64,000 nucleotides of DNA from an uncultured Clostridia bacterium (GCA_947626065.1 CANQQT010000003.1:45618-109617), one strand, 5' to 3'; shown: positions 35,588 through 44,750, counted from the stretch's first letter. Made by a program: numbers and translations. Notes: generated by a model not told the origin, from the sequence alone.

Positions 35588-37804
35588 ATGGAACTCACGT
35601 GGAGCGACTTAATCGAAAGGGCGAAGGCGGATGATCAGGATGCCTTCTATCAATTGTATCAGAACAGCTACGACGCTGTTTACCGCACGGTAAAATCCAT
35701 GATCCGGGACGACGATATGGCGATGGACATTGTGCAGGACTCCTTCGTCAAGGGCTTTTCCAACCTGTCCGAGCTGGAAAGCCCCGACAGCTTCGTCTCG
35801 TGGATGCGGAGAATCGCCGTCAACAAGGCGAAGGACTGGTTTAAAAAGAAACAGGAAATCTCCTTCTCCCAGATGGCGGACGAGGAGGGCAACGAGCCGG
35901 ATTTTGAGGACGAACGCGCCGAGAATATGCCGGAGGCAGTCGTCGACAGAAACGAAACGGCCCGTCTTGTCGACGAGATTCTGAACGGCCTCTCCGACGA
36001 ACAGCGTATAGCCGTCGGTATGTATTACTATCAGAATATGTCGGTGGCGGAGATTGCCGAGGAGCTGGCCGTCAGCGAAAATACCGTCAAGAGCCGTCTG
36101 AACTACGGGCGGAAGAAGATCAAAACCAGCGTGGAGGAGCTGGAGAAAAAGGGCACCAAGCTCTACTCCCTCTCCCCGGTGGCCTTCCTTGTCTTCCTTT
36201 TCCGGAATCAGATCGCGCAGGCGGCGGTGGGAGGCGCGCCGGAGGCGGCCTTCGGGGCCATTATGGCCAAGACCGGAGTCGCTGTCGGAAACGCCGCAGC
36301 GGCAAGTGCAGCAGGAGCCGAAGCCGCCGCAAGCACCGCCATGGGCGCGGGAACCTCAGGTGTTGCCGGGGCCGCGACAAGTGCCGCCGGTGCCGCCATG
36401 AGCGCAGGGGCTACCGGAGCCGCCACAAGTGCCGCGACCGGAGCCGCCGTGAGCGCCGGGGCCGCTGCGGGTGCCGCGAAGGCGGGAATTTTCGCTTCGC
36501 TGGGCGCCAAAATTCTTGCCGGCGTGCTGGCCGCTTCCGTTGCGGCGGGGGCCGTCGGTCTCGGTCTGCATCTGAGCCACAACGGGGCCAAGCATCCCGT
36601 TATCGAATCGTCCCCGCTGATCGAATCGGTTCCCGGTACCGAAGGGCTTCCCGACCCTCTGCCGGAGAAAGATTTTGTTGTACTTCCGGGGGGATATGAA
36701 GAGGTTAATTCCATAGCGGTTGCCGAGGTGGCCGACGTGCGGGTGTTTCTGGCCAAAAAGGGCGGAAAATGGGGCGTCGTCGACGAAACCGGCAAGGCGG
36801 TAGTTCCCTTTGCCTACGACTGGATTTCCTCTCCCACCGCTTCCGGGCATCTGTTGGCAGAGAGGAAGGATCCCGACACGCAAAAGACGGTTTATACGGT
36901 TTTTGACTCGCAGGGGAAGGAGATTTATACCGCATCTTCCGGTTTCATTCTTGGTAACGATATTTTGATTACCAGAGAGGTATCCTTCGACGGCGGAGGC
37001 GATCTCGACACCTTTTCGCACATTACCGTCAAACAGCTCTCTACCGGGAAAACGGTTCTGACGGAAGAATACGCCTGTGAGGTCAGCATCAGCAATTTTG
37101 AAGACTGCTTTGTCGTTTCCTCCGCAACCGATCCCAACGTGAATTATTCCGGTTACTTGACCTTTTACAACAGCAAGGGAGAGGTTTTGCGTCAAGTGGC
37201 GCTATACGACGCAACGGCAGAATGGTACACCTCCACTTGGGGCGGATATTACGTTTCGGCCGGTAATTACAGTCGGGGCGGCGTGCAGATTACAAGTCTG
37301 GACGGGACGAAAGACTACTCCTACGGTTGGGATGAATTGGAAGACGTCTACTACGAATATTACGACCGGGTGGGTACGCTTATGCTTCTGGGTTGCCGTG
37401 CAGATAATGGCTCCGAGGGAAATGGGAAAGAATATCTTCTGGACATTGCAACCCTGCCGAATTCCTATGAGGACGAAAGCCTTCCCGACTATTTCCTGAC
37501 GGGCAAGGGCTACGACGATATCTCCACTAACGCGCTTGAAAAGTGGTTCCTTGTGACCGACGGGGCAAAGCAGGGCTTCCTCTCCCGGGACGGCAAAACC
37601 GAGCGGTTGTACGACAGCGCCGGGGATTTCGTCCGGGGCAAGGCCGTTGTGCGGGACGGCGGCGAGGTCTACGTCGTCGACGATTCGATGAACGTCATCT
37701 CCGATAAGCTGACCGACGGCTATACCTCCGTGAAAACGCTGGGCGAAGGCCTCTACGGCGTGGAAAAGGACGGGGTGTGGTATCTGGCGGTGTATAAGGG
37801 ATAA
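35588..37804 (+). CDS. ECF-type sigma-70 factor fused to a TM helix, Ala-rich linker and extracytoplasmic WG-repeat domain
   Basis: Region 2 reads DAFYQLYQNSYDAVYRTV...DIVQDSF and region 4 reads LSDEQRIAVGMYYYQNMSVAEIAEELAVSENTVKSRLNYGRKKI. A hydrophobic segment and an A/G/S-rich linker follow. The C-terminal part carries KKGGKWGVVDETGKAVVPFAYDWI-type WG repeats. Confidence 0.8.
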   Translation: MELTWSDLIERAKADDQDAFYQLYQNSYDAVYRTVKSMIRDDDMAMDIVQDSFVKGFSNLSELESPDSFVSWMRRIAVNKAKDWFKKKQEISFSQMADEEGNEPDFEDERAENMPEAVVDRNETARLVDEILNGLSDEQRIAVGMYYYQNMSVAEIAEELAVSENTVKSRLNYGRKKIKTSVEELEKKGTKLYSLSPVAFLVFLFRNQIAQAAVGGAPEAAFGAIMAKTGVAVGNAAAASAAGAEAAASTAMGAGTSGVAGAATSAAGAAMSAGATGAATSAATGAAVSAGAAAGAAKAGIFASLGAKILAGVLAASVAAGAVGLGLHLSHNGAKHPVIESSPLIESVPGTEGLPDPLPEKDFVVLPGGYEEVNSIAVAEVADVRVFLAKKGGKWGVVDETGKAVVPFAYDWISSPTASGHLLAERKDPDTQKTVYTVFDSQGKEIYTASSGFILGNDILITREVSFDGGGDLDTFSHITVKQLSTGKTVLTEEYACEVSISNFEDCFVVSSATDPNVNYSGYLTFYNSKGEVLRQVALYDATAEWYTSTWGGYYVSAGNYSRGGVQITSLDGTKDYSYGWDELEDVYYEYYDRVGTLMLLGCRADNGSEGNGKEYLLDIATLPNSYEDESLPDYFLTGKGYDDISTNALEKWFLVTDGAKQGFLSRDGKTERLYDSAGDFVRGKAVVRDGGEVYVVDDSMNVISDKLTDGYTSVKTLGEGLYGVEKDGVWYLAVYKG

Positions 37805-37844
37805 AAGAACGGCTTGCCGGGCTTATCCGGACAATAAGCGGTAT

Positions 37845-37950
37845 CCGCACGCGATATCTGCATATGATACCCGCGCACGGCTACCGCCGCAGTAGCCGCA
37901 CACGATATCCTCGCGCGGCTACCGCCTGTAGTGGCCGTCACGGCTGCCGC
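37845..37950. repeat. Short degenerate direct repeats
   Basis: ccgcacgcgatatc pairs with ccgcacacgatatc. cgcgcacggctaccgccgcagtagcc pairs with cgcgcggctaccgcctgtagtggcc. Confidence 0.6.
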
Positions 37951-37993
37951 AAGTCCCAATGGGCGCGGTGACCGCTTGCTGTTCCCCCAAAAA

Positions 37994-38031
37994 AGGCCCC
38001 CGGCGGGATCCGAAAAGGAACCGCCGGGGGC
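37994..38031 (+). terminator. Hairpin terminator after the sigma-fusion gene
   Basis: The stem pairs GGCCCCCGGCGG (37994..38005) with CCGCCGGGGGC (38021..38031). The T-run is weak. Confidence 0.45.
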
Positions 38032-38058
38032 TTTCGCCGCCTTCTGTTTCCTAAAAAT

Positions 38059-38078
38059 TTTATACAGTACTGTATAAA
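38059..38078. promoter_or_regulatory. Perfect 20-bp palindrome upstream of spoVT (operator-like)
   Basis: TTTATACAGTACTGTATAAA is an exact inverted repeat, about 60 nt upstream of the spoVT start. Confidence 0.5.
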
Positions 38079-38137
38079 GCTTCATGAAATGCAAACAATA
38101 ACTCTGCCGAACAAAAAAAGTAAGGAGAGAAGCGTGT

Positions 38138-38683
38138 ATGAAAGCAACCGGTATTGTAAGGAGGATCGACGACCTCGGTCGCGTTGTGATTCCTAAAGAA
38201 ATAAGAAGAACCATGAGAATCCGGGAGGGCGACCCTCTTGAAATTTACACCGATCGGGAAGGGGAGGTTATCTTCAAAAAATACTCCCCCATCGGGGAGC
38301 TGAACAGCTTCGCCTCGCAGTATGCGGAGACGATGCACAAGACCTGCAACCTCGCGGTGGCCGTCTGCGACCGCGACGCGGTGATTGCCTGCTCCGGGCT
38401 TCCGAAGAAGGAATACGGGGAAAAGCCGGTGTCGAACGATATTGAGCATATTATGGAGAGCCGGGGCTTTTACCGGTACAAAGAAGGGGATCGGAAGATT
38501 TTCATCACCGAGGAGGCCACCGATTCCTTTGTGAGCTGTGCCATGCCGATCATCACCGCGGGAGACGTGACGGGCTGTGTGATCAGCGCGGCGCGTGAGG
38601 AATCCGAGCGCCCCGAGGCGGAGCTGGAGGGGAAGCTGGTGCAGACGGCGGCGGGATTTCTCGGGAAACAGCTTGAAACCTGA
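38138..38683 (+). CDS. spoVT: Stage V sporulation protein T (AbrB-family regulator with GAF-like C-domain)
   Basis: The N-terminus MKATGIVRRIDDLGRVVIPKEIRRTMRIREGDPLEIY is the SpoVT/AbrB swapped-hairpin domain. The 181-aa length fits SpoVT. Confidence 0.9.
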   Translation: MKATGIVRRIDDLGRVVIPKEIRRTMRIREGDPLEIYTDREGEVIFKKYSPIGELNSFASQYAETMHKTCNLAVAVCDRDAVIACSGLPKKEYGEKPVSNDIEHIMESRGFYRYKEGDRKIFITEEATDSFVSCAMPIITAGDVTGCVISAAREESERPEAELEGKLVQTAAGFLGKQLET

Positions 38684-38838
38684 TTTCCCGTTTCATAAAA
38701 ATAAAAAACGCAAAACGGCGTCGCTGTGTCGAGGCTTTCGCAGGCGGCGCCTTTTTGCGTTTTCCGGCGGGACTATCGTCATGCTCATGAGCGAGGACAA
38801 TTTGCCGCCACCCGAGGCCGATATACGGCGGACAATAC

Positions 38839-39918
38839 TTATTGATTCATATACGGACGGTATACCGAGCGAAAGCCAACGGCTTCCCCTGCATAGCTTC
38901 TTGGGTCGTCAAAGCATATTTTCAAAACGCCTGCGTTTCTGCCCTGTCCCCATCTTCCGCCGCGGAACGCCATGCGCTCGGCGGCGCCGTTGTTCGCATA
39001 GAGCGATACCACCTTCTGTTCTTCGCATTCGCCGTTTGGCAACAGTCCGTAGGTATAAAGTAGCTCCTTGACGCTCTCGCAGAGTGACGGATGCGCCGTA
39101 ACGTCGGCAAAGGCGCAAAAACGTGCTCCGTTGACAAGGGAAGTGATCGTTCCGCTTATGAACTGCCACGCACCGTCTACAAAATCCAACTTGACACTGT
39201 TTTCCGTGGTTCCCTTGCCGTCCGGGGATAACCATTCTCCCGTTTGGGCATCGAGAGCACGCCAATCCGCCTTTTGATCAGGTGTCATCTGCAATTCACC
39301 ATACACCAGCCGAATCCCGCCGGTCCATTCCCAAACATTGCCGTTCAAGTCATAAATGCCGTCGGCACGTCGATTATGGCTCCACTCGACGGGCCCTGTG
39401 CCTGTAGCGACTCTGCACACCCTTCTCCCCTCGTCGGTATGATAAGAAATACGCGCTGTGACCTCTGTTTCGCGAATATCTTTCCCAAAATCATTGTTCC
39501 CGTATGGAAACCACCCGTTTTTTTGGCAAAGCAAGGCAAGGGCGCCCCATTCCGCGGCGGTCATCAGGTGAAAGCCCTTGCCGCACCTTTTACAAGCAAG
39601 CTCTGCCGTATCGTAATTGATATGTACGGCGGGATCACGATCGGGCAAGGAATGCGCACAGTCGTCGATTACCACGTTTTGGAATTTCGATACATAGATA
39701 CCGTCCAGCTCCTTCCCATTTACAAGAAACGCGGGATGCACCGAGTGAGATGCGCCCCGGATCACTTCGTCCAGATAAAACTTCGGGATATAAACCATTA
39801 CGGTTGCTAGTCCATCGGAAGCGGTAAAAACAGAATTGTACGGATACCTGTTTCGCAGTGCCTGCGTTTCGTCGTTTTTGTTTTCTCCGCCATGCGCGGA
39901 GGCGTTCGGTGTGTTCAT
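38839..39918 (-). CDS. Formylglycine-generating-enzyme (SUMF1/FGE, C-type-lectin-like fold) family protein
   Basis: Family hallmarks include DLNGNVWEWTGG, FRGGRW and a C-terminal GFRSV. The start was set at the second ATG (39918), which has GGAG 6 nt upstream; the track start is 39930. Confidence 0.8.
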   Translation of the reverse strand: MNTPNASAHGGENKNDETQALRNRYPYNSVFTASDGLATVMVYIPKFYLDEVIRGASHSVHPAFLVNGKELDGIYVSKFQNVVIDDCAHSLPDRDPAVHINYDTAELACKRCGKGFHLMTAAEWGALALLCQKNGWFPYGNNDFGKDIRETEVTARISYHTDEGRRVCRVATGTGPVEWSHNRRADGIYDLNGNVWEWTGGIRLVYGELQMTPDQKADWRALDAQTGEWLSPDGKGTTENSVKLDFVDGAWQFISGTITSLVNGARFCAFADVTAHPSLCESVKELLYTYGLLPNGECEEQKVVSLYANNGAAERMAFRGGRWGQGRNAGVLKICFDDPRSYAGEAVGFRSVYRPYMNQ

Positions 39919-40369
39919 TTTAATCTCCATTCCGCCGCTTTACGGCGGCACAAATCGTAATAAAATTCACGGAGTCTGCGAAGCAGACAAAAATGGGTCG
40001 GTTCCCACTAAAATAAGATATGGAGGCGCATCAAAATTACATTTTCTATTGTATCACGCGATAAGCAGAAGGAAAATACATTATTATAAAAAACATTGAT
40101 TTTTCTGCAGAATAATGATGGAACAAAGGAAACAGAAACAAGGGGCGCGTCGTGGCAATGATTTTTTCGCGTTTTTTGCGCCGAATGGGGCCGTTTTTGG
40201 GGAAGGGCCATAGTCCGTTATGCGTTTTGCCCGGCAGAGGGCCGCCACGTGGGGAAAAATCATAACATTGCCCATTGTTTCGGGGAGGGGAAATGTGCTA
40301 TACTAATAAAAACGCGGTGCGCGGTCGAAAAATCTGCCGCCGCCGGAAGTGACGAAAGGAATTTGAAAA

Positions 40370-41830
40370 ATGAAGAGATGGTTGAGCTTTGTTGCCGCCC
40401 TTTTGCTTGTGTTTCCTCTGCTCTTTTCCTGCGCGTGTCAGAATGTGGGCTCCGGTAACGGTCAGGAGTCGACGCCGGAAACCGACGAAAACGGTCTGCC
40501 CGTTGTCGACGATCCCATCCTGAAAGAGGCTCTTCGGATTTATTTCCGCCTTTCCCCCGAGGAGGAGCTGACGGTAGAAATGCTGGAAAAGGTGACGTCG
40601 GTTTCGATTTTTGCCGGCATCAATCCGTATTCGGAAGGAGATCCCGACGGGGAAAAGATGGCCGGGAAGGTACTCTTGGACGTATACATCAACGACGACT
40701 GGAAATTTGGCGGTTCTTTACCGGGGTATACAGAAAAATGGCGTTTTGAAGAAGAGTTAAAGAAAATTGAAGATCAAATCATCCAAAATAGATATAGGGC
40801 CTTTTTTGAGTTAAAGGATCCAGAGGATCCGACTCTTTCTAATAGGGAGAAGCTTGAGATGCTCACAGCTTATCCGGAAGCCGAACAAGGAGCAATTTAT
40901 ATAGAGTATCCGCGGATAAATCGGAGCGAGTTTAATTGGCTGACCAAAATACGTCTTACAATTGGGGTACTGGATAAGTGGCTTTATCCGGAAGGGGAAT
41001 ATGACTGCAGCGCGTTCTCCTGTTTACCGAATCTGAAAACCGTTTGTTACGATGGAATTTCCCTATCTCATCTGCCTTCCGGAGTGGAAGCGGTTGACGC
41101 GCGTTTTACTACGGGCCTTTCGGCGTTTGGTGAAGCGTTGATTCAGGCAGGTAGCGGTCAAGATGGACGTCTTTTTGGATATTTATACAATTCCCGTTGG
41201 CGGATGGATCGGTGCGCAACGGTTACCTTTGTCCGGGAGGAGGTTGGCGACGCCGATTGGCTTCCGGAGGGGAAAATGCTTCTCAGCGTTTATCTGAATG
41301 AAATGGGGTCTCGCGAATATTTTGACGATATCATCACAGTACATACCCCTGAGCATGTGTACAGAGACTCTGGGGCCGGAGTGTTTCCGCTTTGCTTCGA
41401 TGATGAGGAAGCGTTTGAAACGTTTCTTGCTACGATCGAAGACGAAACCCTGCGGCAAACTGTCCGGGAGCATTACCGTTATATGGAATATCCTTCCGCT
41501 GAGACCGAAGAAGAGCGGGAAAAGGTGCGAGAGGAAGCGCAGAAGCTTCTTGAGGAAGTTCAAAAAACCACTCCGTGGGCGAATTTTAACTGCTATTTTC
41601 TACTCGTGGAAACGGGAAATGAGCGGGGCGAGGTTCTCGACGCTCTCGGTCGTGCGGGGTTGCTTGATCGTTGGATCGTCCCGGAAGGGGAAATCGATTG
41701 CTCCAGATTCTCGATTCTGGAAGATCTTTCCTATATACGTTACGAAGGCGATCTTTCCTTCTCCAATATCCCGGATGGCGTTCAGCTTCTGAATTTACTG
41801 GAGCAGGATGAATATGGCGTCTATTATTGA
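40370..41830 (+). CDS. Lipoprotein of unknown function with an internal duplication
   Basis: A signal peptide plus lipobox is present (LLVFPLLFSC). Two related modules read LDKWLYPEGEYDCSAFSCL... and LDRWIVPEGEIDCSRFSIL.... Part of the gene is AT-rich. Confidence 0.75.
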   Translation: MKRWLSFVAALLLVFPLLFSCACQNVGSGNGQESTPETDENGLPVVDDPILKEALRIYFRLSPEEELTVEMLEKVTSVSIFAGINPYSEGDPDGEKMAGKVLLDVYINDDWKFGGSLPGYTEKWRFEEELKKIEDQIIQNRYRAFFELKDPEDPTLSNREKLEMLTAYPEAEQGAIYIEYPRINRSEFNWLTKIRLTIGVLDKWLYPEGEYDCSAFSCLPNLKTVCYDGISLSHLPSGVEAVDARFTTGLSAFGEALIQAGSGQDGRLFGYLYNSRWRMDRCATVTFVREEVGDADWLPEGKMLLSVYLNEMGSREYFDDIITVHTPEHVYRDSGAGVFPLCFDDEEAFETFLATIEDETLRQTVREHYRYMEYPSAETEEEREKVREEAQKLLEEVQKTTPWANFNCYFLLVETGNERGEVLDALGRAGLLDRWIVPEGEIDCSRFSILEDLSYIRYEGDLSFSNIPDGVQLLNLLEQDEYGVYY

Positions 41831-41868
41831 GAAAAGAAGATTTTCCTTTTTCTTGCCGTTATGACCGC

Positions 41869-41901
41869 CGCCGGGCAGAGCTTTTCTGCCCGGCGTTTTT
41901 T
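41869..41901 (+). terminator. Intrinsic terminator after the lipoprotein gene
   Basis: The stem pairs CGCCGGGCAGA with TCTGCCCGGCG and is followed by a T6 run. Confidence 0.75.
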
Positions 41902-42050
41902 CGCGTTTCCGTCTCTTTCGTCGGCGGGGAAGGGCGGTTTTTCTGCGTGCGCCCCGGCTCTTTTGTCCGCCCGGCGTCGGATTTTTCTTCTTTTTGCGCT
42001 TGAAAAGCGCCGCTGAGACGGGATTGTTCCTTTTTCCCTCGGAAAAAGGA

Positions 42051-42079
42051 TTGACAAACCCCGCAAAGAGTAGTAAAAT
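42051..42079 (+). promoter_or_regulatory. Sigma-A promoter for argS
   Basis: TTGACA (42051..42056), a 17-nt spacer, then TAAAAT (42074..42079). Confidence 0.6.
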
Positions 42080-42142
42080 AATAGAATAAGGCGGAGAACC
42101 CGCTATGAAGCGGGGATCCCCAAAAGAACCCGGAGGTTTTTT

Positions 42143-43864
42143 GTGTTACAGTTCAAACAAAGGGCGGCGGCCGCCCTTGAGGCCGCCATCGGAACGCTGG
42201 CGCCCGGCTCTTCCCCGACGGCGGCGGAGCTTTCTTCCATGCTGGAATATCCGCCCGAGAAGTCGATGGGCGATCTGGCGTTCCCCTGCTTTCGGCTCAG
42301 CAGGATTTTAAGAAAGGCGCCGCCGGTCATCGCGGCCTCCCTCGCCGAGGCTCTGGGAAGCCTTCCCGGTCTGAAAAAGGCGGAGCCCGCCGGCGGTTAT
42401 CTCAATTTCTTCCTTGACGATTCCTATTTTACCGATACCGTGGCCGACCGGATTCTTTCCGAAGGGGAACGGTACGGGCGAAACGACAGCGGGAAGGGCA
42501 AGACGATGGTGATCGACTATTCCTCCCCCAACGTGGCCAAGCCCTTCCACATCGGCCACCTCGGCTCCACGGTCATCGGCCATTCCCTGAAATGCCTCTA
42601 CGATTTTGCCGGCTGGAAGACCGTCGGCGTCAACCATTTGGGAGACTGGGGAACGCAGTTTGGGAAAATGATTGTCGCTTACCGCCGCTGGGGCGATGAG
42701 GAGACCGTCAAAAAAGGCGGCGTCGACGAGCTGGTCGCCCTCTACGTCCGCTTCCACAAGGAGGCCGAGGCCGACCCCTCCCTCAACGATCTTGCGCGGG
42801 AGGAATTTACCAAGCTGGAGCACAAGGACGAAGAAAATCTCCGTCTCTGGAAGTGGTTCCTTTCGGTCAGTCTTGAGGAGTACGAAAAAACCTACCGTCA
42901 GCTCGGAATCGTCTTCGACGCCTACACGGGGGAGAGCTTTTACACCGATAAAATGGACGCTCAGGTGGAGCGCCTGCGGGAAAAGGGGCTTCTTAAGATC
43001 GACGACGGCGCCTCTCTTGTCGACCTTTCGGCCTACGGAATGCCGCCCTGCCTGATTCTGAAACGGGACGGCTCGACGCTCTACCCGGCGCGGGATATCG
43101 CGGCGGCGGTCTACCGAAAGCAGACCTACCATTTTGACAAGTGCATCTACGTGACCTCCAATCAGCAGATCCTCCATTTTCAGCAGTGGTTCAAGGTCGT
43201 TGAGCTGATGGGCTACGACTGGTACGATCAGCTGCTTCACGTGCCCTACGGGACTCTGAGCATCGGCGGGGAAAAGCTGGCGACGAGAACCGGCAACGTC
43301 ATTCTCCTGAAGGATCTTTTCCGCATGGCGATTGAAAAGGCCCGTCAGATCATGGAGGAAAAGAGCCCCGACCTCCCCGACAAGGACAGCGTTTCGGAGG
43401 CCGTCGGCGTCGGCGCGGTGGTCTTCTACTACCTCTCCAACAGCCGCATCAAGGACACCGATTTTAATCTGGAGGACGCGCTTTCCTTCGAGGGCAACAC
43501 CGGCCCCTACGCGCAGTACACATACGCCCGCTGCTGCAGCATCATAGAAAAGGCGGGAGGCGTGCCCGAGAAGGGTCGGACGGCCGGTTATCGCCCCTGC
43601 GAGGCCGAGTCGGCGCTCTGCCGCGTGCTCTCCCTCTTCCCGGAGAAAATCGGGGACGCCATCCGGGACAGCGAGCCGATGGTGATCACGAGATATATCA
43701 TCGACGTCTGCGCGGCCTTCAACCGCTTCTATCACGACTGCGCGATTCTCTCGGCCCCGGAGGAGGCGGCCCGCGCCTTCCGCGTTCGCCTCAGCGCCTG
43801 TGTAAAAACCGTGCTCGGCAACGCTTTCGGGCTGATTTGCCTGAAAAAGACGCCGCGGATTTAA
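42143..43864 (+). CDS. argS: Arginine--tRNA ligase
   Basis: A GTG start lies 6 nt after GGAGG. The class I HIGH motif is PFHIGHLGS, and the 573-aa length and domain order are typical of ArgS. Confidence 0.93.
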   Translation: MLQFKQRAAAALEAAIGTLAPGSSPTAAELSSMLEYPPEKSMGDLAFPCFRLSRILRKAPPVIAASLAEALGSLPGLKKAEPAGGYLNFFLDDSYFTDTVADRILSEGERYGRNDSGKGKTMVIDYSSPNVAKPFHIGHLGSTVIGHSLKCLYDFAGWKTVGVNHLGDWGTQFGKMIVAYRRWGDEETVKKGGVDELVALYVRFHKEAEADPSLNDLAREEFTKLEHKDEENLRLWKWFLSVSLEEYEKTYRQLGIVFDAYTGESFYTDKMDAQVERLREKGLLKIDDGASLVDLSAYGMPPCLILKRDGSTLYPARDIAAAVYRKQTYHFDKCIYVTSNQQILHFQQWFKVVELMGYDWYDQLLHVPYGTLSIGGEKLATRTGNVILLKDLFRMAIEKARQIMEEKSPDLPDKDSVSEAVGVGAVVFYYLSNSRIKDTDFNLEDALSFEGNTGPYAQYTYARCCSIIEKAGGVPEKGRTAGYRPCEAESALCRVLSLFPEKIGDAIRDSEPMVITRYIIDVCAAFNRFYHDCAILSAPEEAARAFRVRLSACVKTVLGNAFGLICLKKTPRI

Positions 43865-43968
43865 GCTCCGCAAGGCCGACGTTCGGCGGGCGTGCAGACC
43901 GCGCCTCAACCGTTCTCCCACCGTTTTGAAAGTAAAGAAAGTCAGAAAATCAGAAAGGATTCGATTTC

Positions 43969-44700
43969 ATGTCAGGCCACAGCAAATGGAAAAATATCAT
44001 GCACAAGAAGGAGAAGACCGACGCGCAGAGAGCCTCGGTTTTCACCAAAATCGGAAAGGAAATTTCGATTGCCGTCAAGGAGGGCGGAGCTGACCCCGTC
44101 TCCAACAGCCGCCTTCGCGATCTGATTGCCAAGGCGAAGGACAACAACGTACCGAACGACAACATCGACCGCATCATCAAGAAGGCGTCGGCCGCCGACG
44201 CCGCCTCCTATGAGGAAATCTCCTACGAGGGCTACGGCCCCTCCGGCGTCGCCGTCATCGTCGAGACGGCCACCGACAACCGCAACCGCACCGCCGCCGA
44301 GGTTCGCCACTTCTTCGACAAATATGGCGGGAACATGGGGCAGACCGGCTGCGTCGGCTTCCTCTTCACCGAAAAGGGCATTATCGTGATCGAAAACGAC
44401 GGCAAGGTCGATGAGGATAAGCTGATGGAGGATGCGCTTGAGGCCGGAGCGGAGGACTTTTCTTCCGAGGAGGAGGCCTTTGAAATCTCCACCGAGCCCG
44501 ACGACCTCGGCGCGGTTCGTGAGGCTCTGGAGGCCAAGGGCTACAAAATCGTCTCGGCGGATCGGGATATGATTCCCTCCACCACCGTAACGCTGACAAA
44601 CGAGGACGACATCAAGAACATGACGCTTCTCCTCGAAAAGCTCGAGGAGAACGACGACGTAGAGAATGTTTTCCACAACTGGGAGAACGACGACGAATAA
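43969..44700 (+). CDS. yebC: YebC/PmpR family DNA-binding regulator
   Basis: MSGHSKWKNIMHKKEKTDAQRASVFTKIGKEI is the family-defining N-terminus. Confidence 0.92.
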   Translation: MSGHSKWKNIMHKKEKTDAQRASVFTKIGKEISIAVKEGGADPVSNSRLRDLIAKAKDNNVPNDNIDRIIKKASAADAASYEEISYEGYGPSGVAVIVETATDNRNRTAAEVRHFFDKYGGNMGQTGCVGFLFTEKGIIVIENDGKVDEDKLMEDALEAGAEDFSSEEEAFEISTEPDDLGAVREALEAKGYKIVSADRDMIPSTTVTLTNEDDIKNMTLLLEKLEENDDVENVFHNWENDDE

Positions 44701-44718
44701 GGAACCGGAGAAAAGGAA

Positions 44719-44750
44719 GCGCCGGGCTGCGAATCGGTGCAGCCCGGCGC
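44719..44750 (+). terminator. Hairpin after yebC
   Basis: A 12-bp perfect stem pairs GCGCCGGGCTGC with GCAGCCCGGCGC. The T-run is weak. Confidence 0.5.

Noticed and set aside
36208-36795. A minus-strand 195-aa Ala/Pro-rich ORF and + strand ORF 36189..36401
   Set aside because: Both lie within the GC-rich Ala/Gly linker of the sigma-fusion gene and are frame shadows.
38839-39010. Possible variable region of a diversity-generating retroelement at the C-terminus of the FGE/CLec-fold protein
   Set aside because: I could find no reverse transcriptase gene and no template-repeat copy of this segment in the window. The C-terminal GFRSV is just the normal family ending.
41902-42142. T-box leader upstream of argS; SAM riboswitches upstream of metY (4948..5005) and metA (6281..6538)
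   Set aside because: The argS leader from the predicted promoter is only about 60 nt and lacks a T-box sequence. The metY spacer is 58 nt. The metA spacer consists of degenerate repeats without the SAM-I conserved core.
42308-43921. A 537-aa minus-strand ORF. Similar long antisense ORFs occur at 4030..4992, 5009..6160, 7449..8486, 9663..10562, 15431..16954, 28715..29740, 45403..46614, 46749..48071, 48796..49917, 52161..53519 and 61314..62672.
   Set aside because: Each lies opposite a gene with unmistakable family motifs. In high-GC DNA long antisense frames stay open by chance.
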